This document shows positions 14,741 through 26,169 of a stretch of 64,000 nt of DNA, piece after piece. How positions within the stretch are numbered: position 1 is the first letter of the stretch; each line of letters begins with the position of its first letter. The stretch lies in assembly GCF_009914755.1 (NCBI RefSeq), contig NC_060930.1. The stretch is one strand, 5' to 3'. This DNA is from the human T2T-CHM13v2.0 reference genome, Homo sapiens. Below the pieces are notes generated by a model. The model made no database searches. It had not been told where the DNA came from and was given only the letters and a program-made list of their open reading frames with translations. The position numbers and the translations under genes were made by a program.

Positions 14741-16450
14741 TTCAATTTATATCACACCATATATAAAAATTAACTAAAAATAGATTCCATACTTTAATTT
14801 AAAACATAAAACTATAAAACTTCTAAAAGAAGACATAGGAGGAAACTTTCATGACTTTGGGTTAGGAAAATATTTCTTAGATATGAAATGAAAAGCCAGG
14901 TCATAAAAGGAAACTCTAATACAGTGATAAATTGATCTTCATCAAAATTAAAATTTCTGCTCAAGTGGATAAAACGACAAGGCCCAGGAAGGAAGAAAAT
15001 ATTTCCAAAGCATATATCTCATAAAATGATACTGCTACCTACCTAATAGAATTGTTTACATTAAAAAGAATGACTATATCAAATACTGGTGCTAATATGA
15101 AAGAACTTCGATACATTGTTGATGGAAATATAAAATGATACAACTACTTTGGAAAACAATCTCACAATTTCTAAAGAATCCAACATATATCTGTCATATG
15201 ATTCAGCCATTCAAATCATAGTTAATTACCCAAGAGAAAGAAATATCTGTACCCATACAAAGACTTCTACACTAACATTTGCAGCAGTTTTATTTGTAAG
15301 AGCCAAACTTGGAAAGAAACCAAACCTGGGAACAACCTAAATTTGTTCATCACATCAATGAACAAAGAACCTGTAATATAGCCATACAATGGAATACTAT
15401 TCTGCAATAAAAAGAAGTGACCTATTTACACATACAGAACATGGATAAATATTCAAATAATTATGTTGAGTGAAAGAAGTCAGACTCCTCCAGAGTCCTC
15501 TCTCCCAAAAAACCCAATACATACTGCATGATTCTATTTATACAGATTTTGAGGATACACAAATTTATGTATAGTACTGAAAAGCGAAACAGTGTCCTGG
15601 GGACTAGGTCAGGTAGAGGAGGCAAGGAGTGAGGGATTACAAAGCAATCTTTTCAACAAGAAAAACTGGGTGTTGAAGGATTTAATCATTATTTTGGTTG
15701 TAGTAATGATTTCACTGATGTGCAAATATGTAAAATCTTACCAAGCTGTGCATATTTTATATGTGTAATTTCAGCTCAATAAAGCTGTTAAATTAAAAAA
15801 AAGTAAAGTGGTAATTTAATGGCCCAGTGAACTAGCACTCATGTGTTAAAATTTAGAATTTGTTTTTAAGTATAACAGACCTTTATAATAACTCCATTAA
15901 ATATATAAAGTAAGTATTTTTATTTTTCTGGATTATCTAAGGATCTAGGGAAACTGCTTATAACTTGTAACAACCAAGTTTAGAACTAGATCAATTGCTG
16001 CAATTTAATTGTATTTTTCACACTATATGCTTTGTAGATATTTTATGTGTCTTTTATAAGCTAAGGTATCCACATACCTTGAATTCACAGATAGATTTAA
16101 ATTTATGAACATTTTAAAAGAAATTTGCAATGTATTAACACTTCCCTTAGACACAGATAACAATATTCAAATATGCTTCATTTTGGATCATTTTTAGAAT
16201 ACTGAAATTATACTACCACTGTAAAGCCTAAATGAACTAAATGAACTGCACAGAATTCATTCATTCACTCAACAAGTATTTTTGAATACCTATTCTGTGT
16301 GTTGCCTCTGTCATGGTATAGTATCTTATATTAAATTATTTGATGGTGATGTCTAACAAGTATTCTGTGGAATTGAACAGTACATTTAGGCAATTTAATC
16401 ATGTCAAGTCTCATACCCAATTTTTCTTTGGTAAGTTAGATGATTTATTA

Positions 16451-16931
16451 AAGTGATTCTCAAACTCTAGTAGCATCAAAGTTAACTAGACAGTTTAAAA
16501 AACAGACTGCAGGATAGATACAGCAGCTCACACATGTAATCCTAGCTCCTTGGAGGATCACTTGAGGCCAGGAGTTAGAGACCAACCTGGGAAATATAGT
16601 AAGACCCTATATCTACAAAAAATTAGAAAATTAGCCGAGTATGGTGGCACACTTCTGTAGTCCTAGCTACATATGAGGCTGAGGTGAAAGGATCACTTGA
16701 GGCCAGCAGTTTGAGGCTGCGATGAGCTGTGATCATACCATTGAACTCCCGCCTAGGTGACAGATTGAGACCCTGTCTTTATACAAGACAAGAAAACAAA
16801 AGTCAGATTGCTGGGCCCCAATCATGAAGTTTCTGATTAGGATGTCTGAGTTGGGTCCAAGAAATTTGGATTTCTAAGTTTCCTGGTGAAGCTGATGCTA
16901 CTAGTCCATGAACCATACTTTGAGAACTAAT
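16451..16931. mobile_element. MER5A hAT-Charlie MITE split by an AluJ
   Basis: agtgattctcaaactctagtagcatca... resumes after the Alu as cagattgctgggcccc...gctgatgctactagtccatgaaccatactttgagaac. Confidence 0.75.
16512..16800 (+). mobile_element. AluJ (Jo/Jr-like)
   Basis: ggatcacttgaggccaggagtt...gaggctgcgatgagctgtgatc are AluJ diagnostics. Degenerate TSD aaacagactgc / aagtcagattgc. Confidence 0.85.
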
Positions 16932-18755
16932 CATTTACTGGAAATTATTTTTAACTGATACGTGAAAAATTAAGACCATAGTTCATACTTCTAAGTATAA
17001 AGGCAAGGTGCCTCAATGGAAAATAAATATTACCTAGGAAGCACCTATAATTCATCTTAAATCTCACCTTTCATAATGTATCTAAATCACAAATGTGAAA
17101 CTCTATAGTTAAACTAAGCCAGAGCTACTAAAGTTGACATTTATACTTGCAAAATTTCTTTTATGAGATTGGAATAAAATTTCTATAATCCTCAAATATT
17201 ATTTCCCCAGTTAATGGAAGAGCCAAATTAAAGCGGCTTTGATGGGGGAAATGATTACTGTATGTTTGAGCACCCTTGTGGCTTGAGCCATCTATATCTC
17301 TACTCTAAGAATATTAAAATATCACAGTAGAGCAACAAGACTAGATGAAACCCTTTTGGCATAAAACATTCAGGCAACACTCAATAAATAGGGCATCTCC
17401 ACTAGGATTTACACACCAGCAAATATGTTCACTGAGTTCCCATGAGGAGAATAAAATAGATGACTGGAACTCAGAAAAAGGTAATAAAGTCAACTACATA
17501 ATATGAGAATCCTTTTCATAAATGAAAACACTTATATAATGAAAGAGTGGTAGCAAAATCTATTAAAGATGGTGAATTATTTGGTAACCTTCCTCTGATT
17601 TTTATGTCACTGAAATGTACCACTTTGTGGTGACAAACAGGAATACTGTCCAACAAAGTGTTCAGTGGATTCTGTACCTTTAGCAAAATGGTGCGATATA
17701 ATATTGTTAGAATAACAGAGCAATTGGTGCATCAAAATTATCTTTAGCTAGTGATCTTCCCTGGAATTATCATGTAGGTGAAAAGATTTCACTGAAAAAC
17801 TAAAATACACGCCAAAGTTGTGTTGGCTCTCTCTTCATCAATCCGTTCACCTATCCATCTTCTCACCCACATACCTATATAGCTACCTATCATTTTTTTT
17901 AAAAGTATCATTTATGTATAACACATTACATCCAAAATGATTTGATGTTATTTGGTTAAAGCCAATGAAGCTGCCCAGTGAATGGATTGCCTCAAATATC
18001 TCATTTGAAATTTAAGCCAAGGGAACTGTGTCACTATAAGAGCCACATATTAAATACTGAAGCCTAGAAGAACCCTCCCATTAAGAATGGACATTCTTTA
18101 AGCACATATTATGTCCCATATTCAGGCTCTGGCTGAACATATGATTCATTGAATATACTGACTTCTACCTAAACTCAGGCAACCAAGATCTAAAAATAGG
18201 AGAGGAGGAAAAACAGTGTCACAGTATATTTGAATTGCTACTGACAGTTGAGAACATAATTTTAATGTGGTTAAAATATATTATAAATTCCTGAAAACCC
18301 AGAATTACCAAGTGTTAATTTGGAGAAATCATTTTAGAGCCAGGTATTTAGGCTTAATATATGAGGTACAGAAAAATAAAAAATATTGCTTTGTTTTGAT
18401 CTAAACTCCCTGAGAGAAACATGGCAAGTGATGTGGATGTGGAAATAACAAACCTTATCATCTTTTCATATTATCCCAAATGCTATTTTTAACACAATCG
18501 CATGGCCTCTGTGTTCTTAATTGAGTAATATTGTGAACATCTGTCTCTCTCTAGAGGCTTTTTTAAATATGTAAAATATCTTGAATATTTGCTATTTATC
18601 AGAAGAGGAAAATTAACTGACAAATCAGCAGGAAGGGTGAGAGACTTGACAAAATATATTTACTAACAGGGAATTTACAAATCTCAAACTCTAACATTAC
18701 AACAATTGACACACTTGGGAATGAATCTCAGGAGCTGACAAGATGGCAACATTAC

Positions 18756-19124
18756 TGTATTATTCCCTTCTCACACTGCTATGAAGAAATACCCGAGACT
18801 GGTTAATTTATAACAGAAGGAGTTTTAACTGACTCACAGTTCCGCATGGCTGGAAGACCTCAGGTAACTTACAATCATGGCAGAAGGGGAAGCAAACACA
18901 TTCTTCACAAGGCGGCAGGAGAGATAAGCGCAAAGCAAAGGGGGAAAATCCCCTTATAAAACCATCAGATCTCATGAGATCTCACTCACTATCATGAGAA
19001 CAGCATGAGGGTCACTGCCCCCATGATTCACTTACGTCCTACTAGGTCCCTCTCATGACACTTGAGAATTATGGGAACTACAATTCAAGATGAGATTTGG
19101 GTGGGACACAGCCAAACCATATCA
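18756..19124 (-). mobile_element. THE1D-like solo LTR
   Basis: Complete tgtatta...cagccaaaccatatca LTR with a 5-bp TSD attac (18751-55) / attcc (19125-29). Confidence 0.9.
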
Positions 19125-19304
19125 ATTCCTATCCTGTGGAATTAAACAAGGTGCATAAGATGCTTCAGTAACAAAATCCAGTATCTCTTGCATAAAACAT
19201 TTATTTGTATAAAGGAAAATAAATAGGAGTTAATAGGGCTGTGAGTTGTGACCTGAGTAAAAGAAGAAACAACATGTTTTAAGGAACTGCTTCTGAAATG
19301 TAAG

Positions 19305-19390
19305 AGTTTTGTGACATTGATCAGTTCACTAAACTTTTCTGAGCCTATATTTTTCTTATTTGAGAAACGGAACAGAATGATATCAATTAT
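19305..19390 (+). mobile_element. MIR fragment
   Basis: tgtgacattgatcagttcactaaacttttctgagcct...tttgagaaacgga resembles the MIR core. Confidence 0.5.
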
Positions 19391-20274
19391 AAGGAGTATT
19401 AAATAGAATAAAACAGGTAAAATTATTTTAAAAGATTCCTCTGTACAAATAATATTCATCATCCAATTATATTATGATCTAAGCGATGGGAGGCAGAAAT
19501 CTTGGTATTATAAACAATGACAAAAATATCTTACATTCAATATGCGTTATCTTTCACTAAGTATTGTTCCAAGTACTTTACATATACTAAATACATTAAC
19601 ATAGTAACAGTTATATTTTGCCCATTTTACAGACAAGGAATCAAAGGCATTAGTAAATGTTGGCTCCAGAGTCTGAACCCTCAACCACCCCAATTTTATT
19701 ATCCTAATTTAATAAACAAACAAAGCCATACAATAAATGCATGTTGATTACAATATGTAATAATAATAAACTTTTTAGAAATTTATGTTAAAAATGGAAA
19801 AAAACTCTCACTATTGAGAAAACATGGTATTTAATATTTAGTAAGTAATTTTCAAATCTATGAATATTTTTGTCGGCGTAAATATTTAACACAAGAAATT
19901 CTTATCTGACTTTTGAAACTATTTATCAGTTGTCAACCTATTTGCGATCATTCGTTTTAGGAGTGACTAAGTTGGAGTATTAAAATGATTCTGAATTTTC
20001 TTGAAAAATATACACAAAGAAATGTAAATTCTCATTTCAAAATTAATGTTTTCATAGCTGTCTGATTTCTTTCAAAAGTCAGTTTTACCCCAAAAGAGAA
20101 CTGGTTTGAGTATGAAGCACAATTAAGTTTTATAGTAACAGTATTCACATGAGGCCATACATAAGAGCCAAAAAATAACATGCTTATATTCTGCTCAGCA
20201 CCTTATATACCAATGGACCAGCTCACCCCAGGCTGACTACTTTGATATCAGCATAGGCTGCTGGATGTGTGTGC

Positions 20275-20400
20275 TACCATTATCCAGTTTTACAGAAAAA
20301 AATATTTATTGACTTCAGAGAGATAAAGTTAATTTTTCCAAGGTCACAAAATCAAATAGCAAAGCTAGGATGAAATCCAAATGCCAAGCTCTTAATCACC
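20275..20400 (-). mobile_element. MIR fragment
   Basis: attatccagttttacaga...cagagagataaag...ccaaggtcaca is the antisense MIR core. Confidence 0.55.
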
Positions 20401-20569
20401 TTGATGAACTTAGTTAATCCTACAGTTATGAGATGATCTTTCATAAAAATATAACAATGGCAAAGTAAATCATAGGGGGAAATATCTGTTTATGTATGTA
20501 TTGGCTTGCTTTCCGCAAATGATTGCTAAAGGCAGAACAACTTTGGAAAACCCAGAGACTATTCTTTTT

Positions 20570-20630
20570 CTAATTAACAGAGATCAAATTTTGTGAGGCT
20601 AATTAACAGAGATCAAATTTTGTGAGGCTA
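20570..20630. repeat. Perfect 29-bp tandem duplication
   Basis: CTAATTAACAGAGATCAAATTTTGTGAGG at 20570-20598 and 20599-20627, then CTA. Confidence 0.95.
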
Positions 20631-20994
20631 TTTCTACACATATAGTGAATCTCTCTGTACTCTCTTTTTTGATAGATACAAATTTACTTTTTTAACGTTA
20701 ATTATATATTGAGTTAAAGAGATATGAGAAATCATATAAAACAAAAATTACTAATCTGAGATAGAAAAAGAAAGGCCCAATATTAAGAAGCTAATGAATA
20801 TTCTCTTAAATAAAACATGGAGACAGAAAATAAATACAAAATACATTAACAACATTTTGAAAGTAATTGATATGAAAACAGTATCCCCAAGATGGGCTAC
20901 TGTTAAATCAGAAATTATGTTTATAGGTAAATTCATGACTTCAGATATTTCATCATCAAAATAAGAAAAGAAAAAATAAGCACTGTGCTTATAA

Positions 20995-21350
20995 TTAATT
21001 GTAAATTGACAAATTATATTGTATGCATACAAACTGGAAGGATTAAATCAAGCTAACTAATAGATCCATTACCCCAAATATGTATTATTTTTGTGGTAAG
21101 AACATTTGAAATCTATCCTCTTAGCAATTTTGAAATATAAAATACATTATTATTAACTATAGTCACCGTGCTGTGGAATAGCTTTCCAAAAACATATTTC
21201 TCCTGTCTAACTGCAACTTGGTCCTCTTTGACCAACATCTCATTTCCAACATCCCCCAGCCCTCCTACTCTTTGTTTCTGGTTTCTGAGTTTGTTTTAAA
21301 TTCTGCATATAAATGAGTCTATATGGTATTTGTCTTTTTGTGCCTGGCAT
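20995..21350 (-). mobile_element. L1MA (L1MA6-8-like) 3' end
   Basis: gattaaatcaagctaa...ggtaagaacatttgaaatctatcctcttagcaattttgaaatata...ttaactatagtcacc. Confidence 0.7.
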
Positions 21351-21351
21351 A

Positions 21352-23388
21352 TTTTTAAATGTTTTGTCAATTTGTAACTGATACATAACAATTGTACATA
21401 TTTATGGGGTACATGTGATATTTTGATATATGTATATAATGTGTAATGATCAATTCAAGGTAATTAGAATATCCATCACACCAAATATTTATGTCTTTGT
21501 GTTGGGAACATTCTAAAGCTTATGTTTTAGTTATTTTGAAGTATACAATAAATTATTTTTAACTATCATCTCCCTACTGTGCTATCAAACACTAGAACTT
21601 GTTTCTTCTATCTAACCATATATATGTATAAATGCCAGTCTCTCTTCATTTTCTTTTCTGCGCCCTCCCACCCCTCTCAGCCTCTGGTAACTATCACTCT
21701 ACTCCCTATGTCTGTGAGATCAATATTTTTTGGCTCATGCATATGAGGAAGAACAAACCATATTAGTCTTTCCATGCCTGGCTTTTTTCACTTAATATAA
21801 TGACCTCCAGTGATGGGATTTCACTCTTTTCTTTATGGCTGAATAACAATTTATTGTGCATATATACCATGTTTCTTTATCCATTCATCTATTAATGAAC
21901 AATTATGAAGTCAACCAATTACATATCTTGGCTATTGTGAACAGTGCTGCAATAAATATGGGAGTGCAGATATCTCTTCAATATACCGATCTCCTTTTAG
22001 ATATATACTCAGTGGTGAGATTTCTAGATCATATGGTAAATCTAGTTTTATTTTTTTTTGAGGATCCTCCACTCTGTTTTCCATAGCGGCTGTACTAATT
22101 TACATTCCAACCCACAGTGTACTACCAGTCTTTTCATTTTTCTACATCCTTGCCAGCATATGTTGTTTTTTGTCTTTTTGATAGTGGCTATCTTAACGGG
22201 GGTGAGATGATATTTCATTGTGGTTTTGATTTGCATTTCCCTTATGATTAATGATGCTGAGTAATTGTCACATACCTGTTGACCATTTGGATATCTTTTT
22301 TTTGAGAGATGTCTATTCAATCATTTCAAATTTTTAAAATCAAATTATTTGTGACTTTTTGCTATTGATGTCGTTTGAGTTCCTTAAGTATTTTGGTTGT
22401 TATTTTCTTGCTGGATGAATAATCTTCAAATATTTTTTCCTATTCTGTGTGTTGTCTCTTCATTCTGTTGATTGTTTCCTTTGTTCTGCAGAAGCTCTTT
22501 AGCTTGATGTAATCCCATTTCTATATTTTTGCTCCTGTTACCTGTGCTTTTGAGGTCTAAACCCAAAATGTGCTTTCCCAGACCAATGTCCTGAGGTGTT
22601 TTTCCAATATTTTCTTCTAGTATTTTCATAGTTTCAGGTCTTAGATTTAAATATTTAAGCCATTTTGACTCAAATATTTTATTTTTTTTTTGAGATGGAG
22701 TCTCGCTCTGTCACCCAGGCTGGAGTGCAGTGGCGTGATCTCAGCTCACTGAAACCTCTGCCTCCTCGGTTTAAGTGATTTTCCTGTTTCAGTCTCCCGA
22801 GTAGCTTGGATTACAGGTGCCCACCACTACACCTGGCTAATTTTTGTATTTTTAGTAGAGATGGGGTTTCCCAACGTTGGCCACGCTGGTCTTGAACTCC
22901 TTACCACAAGTGATCTGCCCGCCTTGGCCTCCCAAAGTGTTGAGATTACAGGCGTGAGCCACCGCGTCTGGCCTTGACTCAATTTTTGTACGTGGTGAGA
23001 GATAGGTGTCTAGTTTCTTTCTTCTGCATACAATTATCCAGTTTTCCAAGTACCAATACCCAAAGTATGTTAATGGTGTCTTTGTCAAAATGACTTGACA
23101 ATCAATTTGTGGACTTATTTCTAGGTTCTCTATTCTGTTCCATTGTTCTATGTGTCTGATTTTATGCAAATGCCATGCTGTTTTAGTTACTATAAGTTTG
23201 CAGTATATTTTGAAGCCAGGTAGTGTGATGTCTACATGTTTGTTCTATTTGTTCAAGATTGCTTTGGCTATTTGGGGTCTTTGTGTCGTCATACAAATTT
23301 GGGGACTTTTTTCTTTTTTTATTGCTAAGGAGAATGTCATTGATGTTTTGTTAGGAATTTCACCGAATCTGTAGATCACTTTAGGTAA
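21352..23388 (-). mobile_element. L1MA (L1MA3/4-like) 3'UTR and ORF2 C-terminus; contains an AluS
   Basis: attgtacatatttatggggtacatgtgatattttgata 3' end. Minus ORF 22048-22320 reads [18 protein letters not shown]. Confidence 0.85.
22674..22973 (-). mobile_element. AluS (Sz/Sx-like)
   Basis: Full antisense Alu with TSD TTGACTCAA at 22665-22673 and 22974-22982. Confidence 0.9.
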
Positions 23389-23431
23389 CATTTTCCTTAC
23401 TCTTTATTTTCAATGTTTCTTAAAATACCAG

Positions 23432-23936
23432 TGTGATGGTTAATGGAGTGAAGGATACAAAATATTGTTTCCGGGGGTGTCACCAAAGGAGATTAATATT
23501 TGAGTCAGTGGACTAGGAGAGGAAGACCTACCCTCAATCTGGGTGGGCACCATCTAATCAGCTGCCAGCATGGCTAGGATACAAGCAGGCAGAAGAAAGC
23601 AGAAAGCAGATTGGCAGAGTCTTCCAGCCTTCATCTTTCTTCTATGCTGGATGCTTCCTGTCACTAAAGGTCAGACTCTAAGTTCTACAGCTTTTGGACT
23701 CTTTGGCTTACCCCAGTAATTTTCCAGGGGCTATGAGGCCTTCAGCCACAGACTGAAGGTTGAACTGTCAGTTTCCCTACTTTTGAAGTTTTGGGACTCA
23801 GACTGGCTTCCGGCTTGCAGACAGATGACCTATTAGGGAATTTCACCTTGTGGTCATGTGAGTGAATACTCAATAAACTTCCCTTCATAGATCCATCTAT
23901 CCTACTGGTTTTGTACCTCTAGAGAATCCTAATACA
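23432..23936 (+). mobile_element. MLT2A (MLT2A1/2) 5' LTR of HERV-L
   Basis: TGTGATGGTTAAT...ccctcaatctgggtgggcaccatctaatcagctgccagc...ctctagagaatcctaataCA, with AATAAA at 23872-23877. Confidence 0.9.
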
Positions 23937-23941
23937 GATTT

Positions 23942-23956
23942 TGGTACCAGAAGTGG
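23942..23956 (+). promoter_or_regulatory. HERV-L primer-binding site (tRNA-Leu)
   Basis: TGGTACCAGAAGTGG just 3' of the LTR is complementary to a recalled tRNA-Leu(TAA) 3' end (...CCACTTCTGGTACCA). Confidence 0.75.
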
Positions 23957-23999
23957 TTCTAGAGGAAGAGAATTCAAAGATAGATTTCTTTAGTTGGTT

Positions 24000-25620
24000 T
24001 TGGGGTTACTGGAGTTGGGTGCTAAATATGATTGGACCCCAAAATGCTAAGGACTCTACTTCTAATATTATGGAGAACACTGATAGAACTTGGCATAAAC
24101 TGTTTAGAGGGATATGCAAAATTAATGCACTTGATATTCCTCATTCACTGCTCTTAAGAGTCAAGAAGTTTAGTGACTCTATACATAATACCTTCAACCA
24201 TATGTGGGTAACCAAGGAATGTAATGAAGTTGGTTGGTTGCTCTTAAGTTCGCTGGACAAAGTGATGGAAGAACTCAGGGATTCTAACTCATGGTTCCAG
24301 AAGCACAAACTAAGCCTCACATCTAACATTGTCCTGGGTAAGAGTTTTATCTCCTGTAGATAAAGGGCTGAAAATGTGGGAAATCAGACACAAGCTCTTA
24401 TCATGCAAGTGGCTGACCTACAACAAAAGGTGTATGCTCAGCCTCACCACCTGTCTACTGATAAAGTAAGGGCAATGATTGGAAAAGAATGGGACCCTGC
24501 AACTTGGAATGGGGAAATGTGGGAGGACCCTGATGAAGCTGGGGACGCTAAGCTTGTAAACTCTGATAAGCCTTTCTTGCCAGAGGAAACAGCCTCCCTG
24601 CCCCCAGTGGTGGCAACATTCCCTCCTCCACTCACACTGCCATCAGTCTTGCCACCTTTGACTGAGGTGATTAACCATACACTGCCTGAGGCAACAGTGA
24701 TGGCCTCTCTTGAGGCAGTTGCCAGGCAAGATAATGCTGATTCTCCTCAGGAACTACCCCCAACACCCCTGTTTGCTTCTAGACCTGTAACCAAAGTCCT
24801 GGCAGGCCTCAAGAGGTGAGGTTCAGAGTGTGACCCACAAGGCAGTGCACTACTCCCCAAAAGAACTGCTTGAGTTTTCTAATTTATATAAGCAGAAATC
24901 AGGAAACAGGCATGGGAATGGATATTAAGGGTGTGGAATAATGGTGAAAGAAATGAAAAGTTGTATCAGGCTGAATTTATTGATTTGGGCCCAGTATGCA
25001 GGGATTCTGCATTTAATGTTGCAACTCATGGAGTTAAAAAAGGTTCTAATAGTTTATTTGCTTGGTTAGCTGAAATAGGAATAAAAAGGTGGCCCACTGT
25101 GAATGAGCTGAAAATGCCTGATCTCCCTTGGTTTAATGTAGAGGAAGAGATCCAAAGGCTTAGGAACATAGGGATGCTAGAGTGAATTAGTCACTTTAGA
25201 TCTACTCATCCCAGCTGGAAAGGTCTAGAACACATACCTTTCACCAATACTTCGTGAAATAGATTTGTGAAGGGAGCATCTGCATCCTTGAAGAGCTCTG
25301 TGATTGCTCTTCTCTGTATGCCAGATCTTACAGTGGAACCACAGTCACTCAATTAGAAAATTTAAAAGCAATGGGAATAATTGGATCCCGAGGTGGCAGG
25401 GACCAAGTGGCAGCACTCAACTGTCAAAGGCAAGGTGGGCATAGCTACCGTAATGAACAGAAGAGGCAAAGCAGCAATCAGAATAGTCTGATTCATGTAG
25501 AGCTCTGGCATTGGCTAATTAATCATGGTATTCCTAGAAGCGAAAATGATAGGAAGCCTACTGCATTCTTACTTAATTTGTAGAAGTAGAAAACTTCCAG
25601 GTTGAGTGGACAAATGAATA
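24000..25620 (+). pseudogene. gag: Degenerate HERV-L gag
   Basis: FWGYWSWVLNMIGPQNAKDSTSN; KVRAMIGKEWDPATWNGEMWEDPDE; QAEFIDLGP..RDSAFNV; MPDLPWFNVEEEIQRLR. Multiple stops. Confidence 0.85.
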
Positions 25621-25789
25621 ATTTAAATTATAAAAATAGAGAATCATGGCCCTTCAATCAATTTAGGACTTGAACCAGTTTACAGACCCAGAACCCCTTG
25701 AATAAAGGGGAGGCCAGGTCTACTCGAGGAAGGACCCCACTACATTACCAACAAATTATGATGTTAATCTTTTTCCTATCCTTCCCCAA

Positions 25790-26150
25790 CAAGACCTCCA
25801 ACCTTTCACCAGAGTAACTGTGCAATGGGGAAAGAGGAATGTTCAGACTTTTTGGGGATTATTGTACACTGGATCTGAGTTGATGTTCATTCCAGGGGAC
25901 CAAAATGTCACTGTGGTCCTCCAGTTAAACCGGGGGCTTACAGAGGTCAGGTAATTAACGGAGTTTTAGCTCAGGTCCTACTTAGTGGGTCCAGTCGGTC
26001 CCTGGGCTCATCCTGTGGTCATTTCCTCAGTGCCAGAATGTGTAATTGGCATAGACATACTTAGCAGCTGGCAGAATCCCCACATTGGCTCCCTGACTGG
26101 TAGGATGAGAGCCATTATGGTGGGAAAGGCCAAATGGAAGCTTTAGACCT
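25790..26150 (+). pseudogene. pro: Degenerate HERV-L aspartic protease
   Basis: PFTRVTVQWG...GLLYTGSELMFIPG (DTG motif reads YTG at 25865-25873) and the ECVIGIDIL motif near 26036-26062. Confidence 0.8.
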
Positions 26151-26169
26151 ACATCTACTTAGAAAAAAT

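Noticed and set aside
17679-17791. Minus-strand exon-like segment (ttttagtttttcAG ... AAG|GTACAG)
   Set aside because: Stops in all frames and a weak donor; indistinguishable from background.
20570-20630. CRISPR-like 29-bp direct repeats
   Set aside because: Only two adjacent copies with no spacer, in eukaryotic DNA; a simple tandem duplication.
23941-24819. HERV-L gag ORFs (140 and 147 aa) as a domesticated Fv1-like gene
   Set aside because: Interrupted by stops and frameshifts, and the listed starts are non-ATG. Decay looks neutral.
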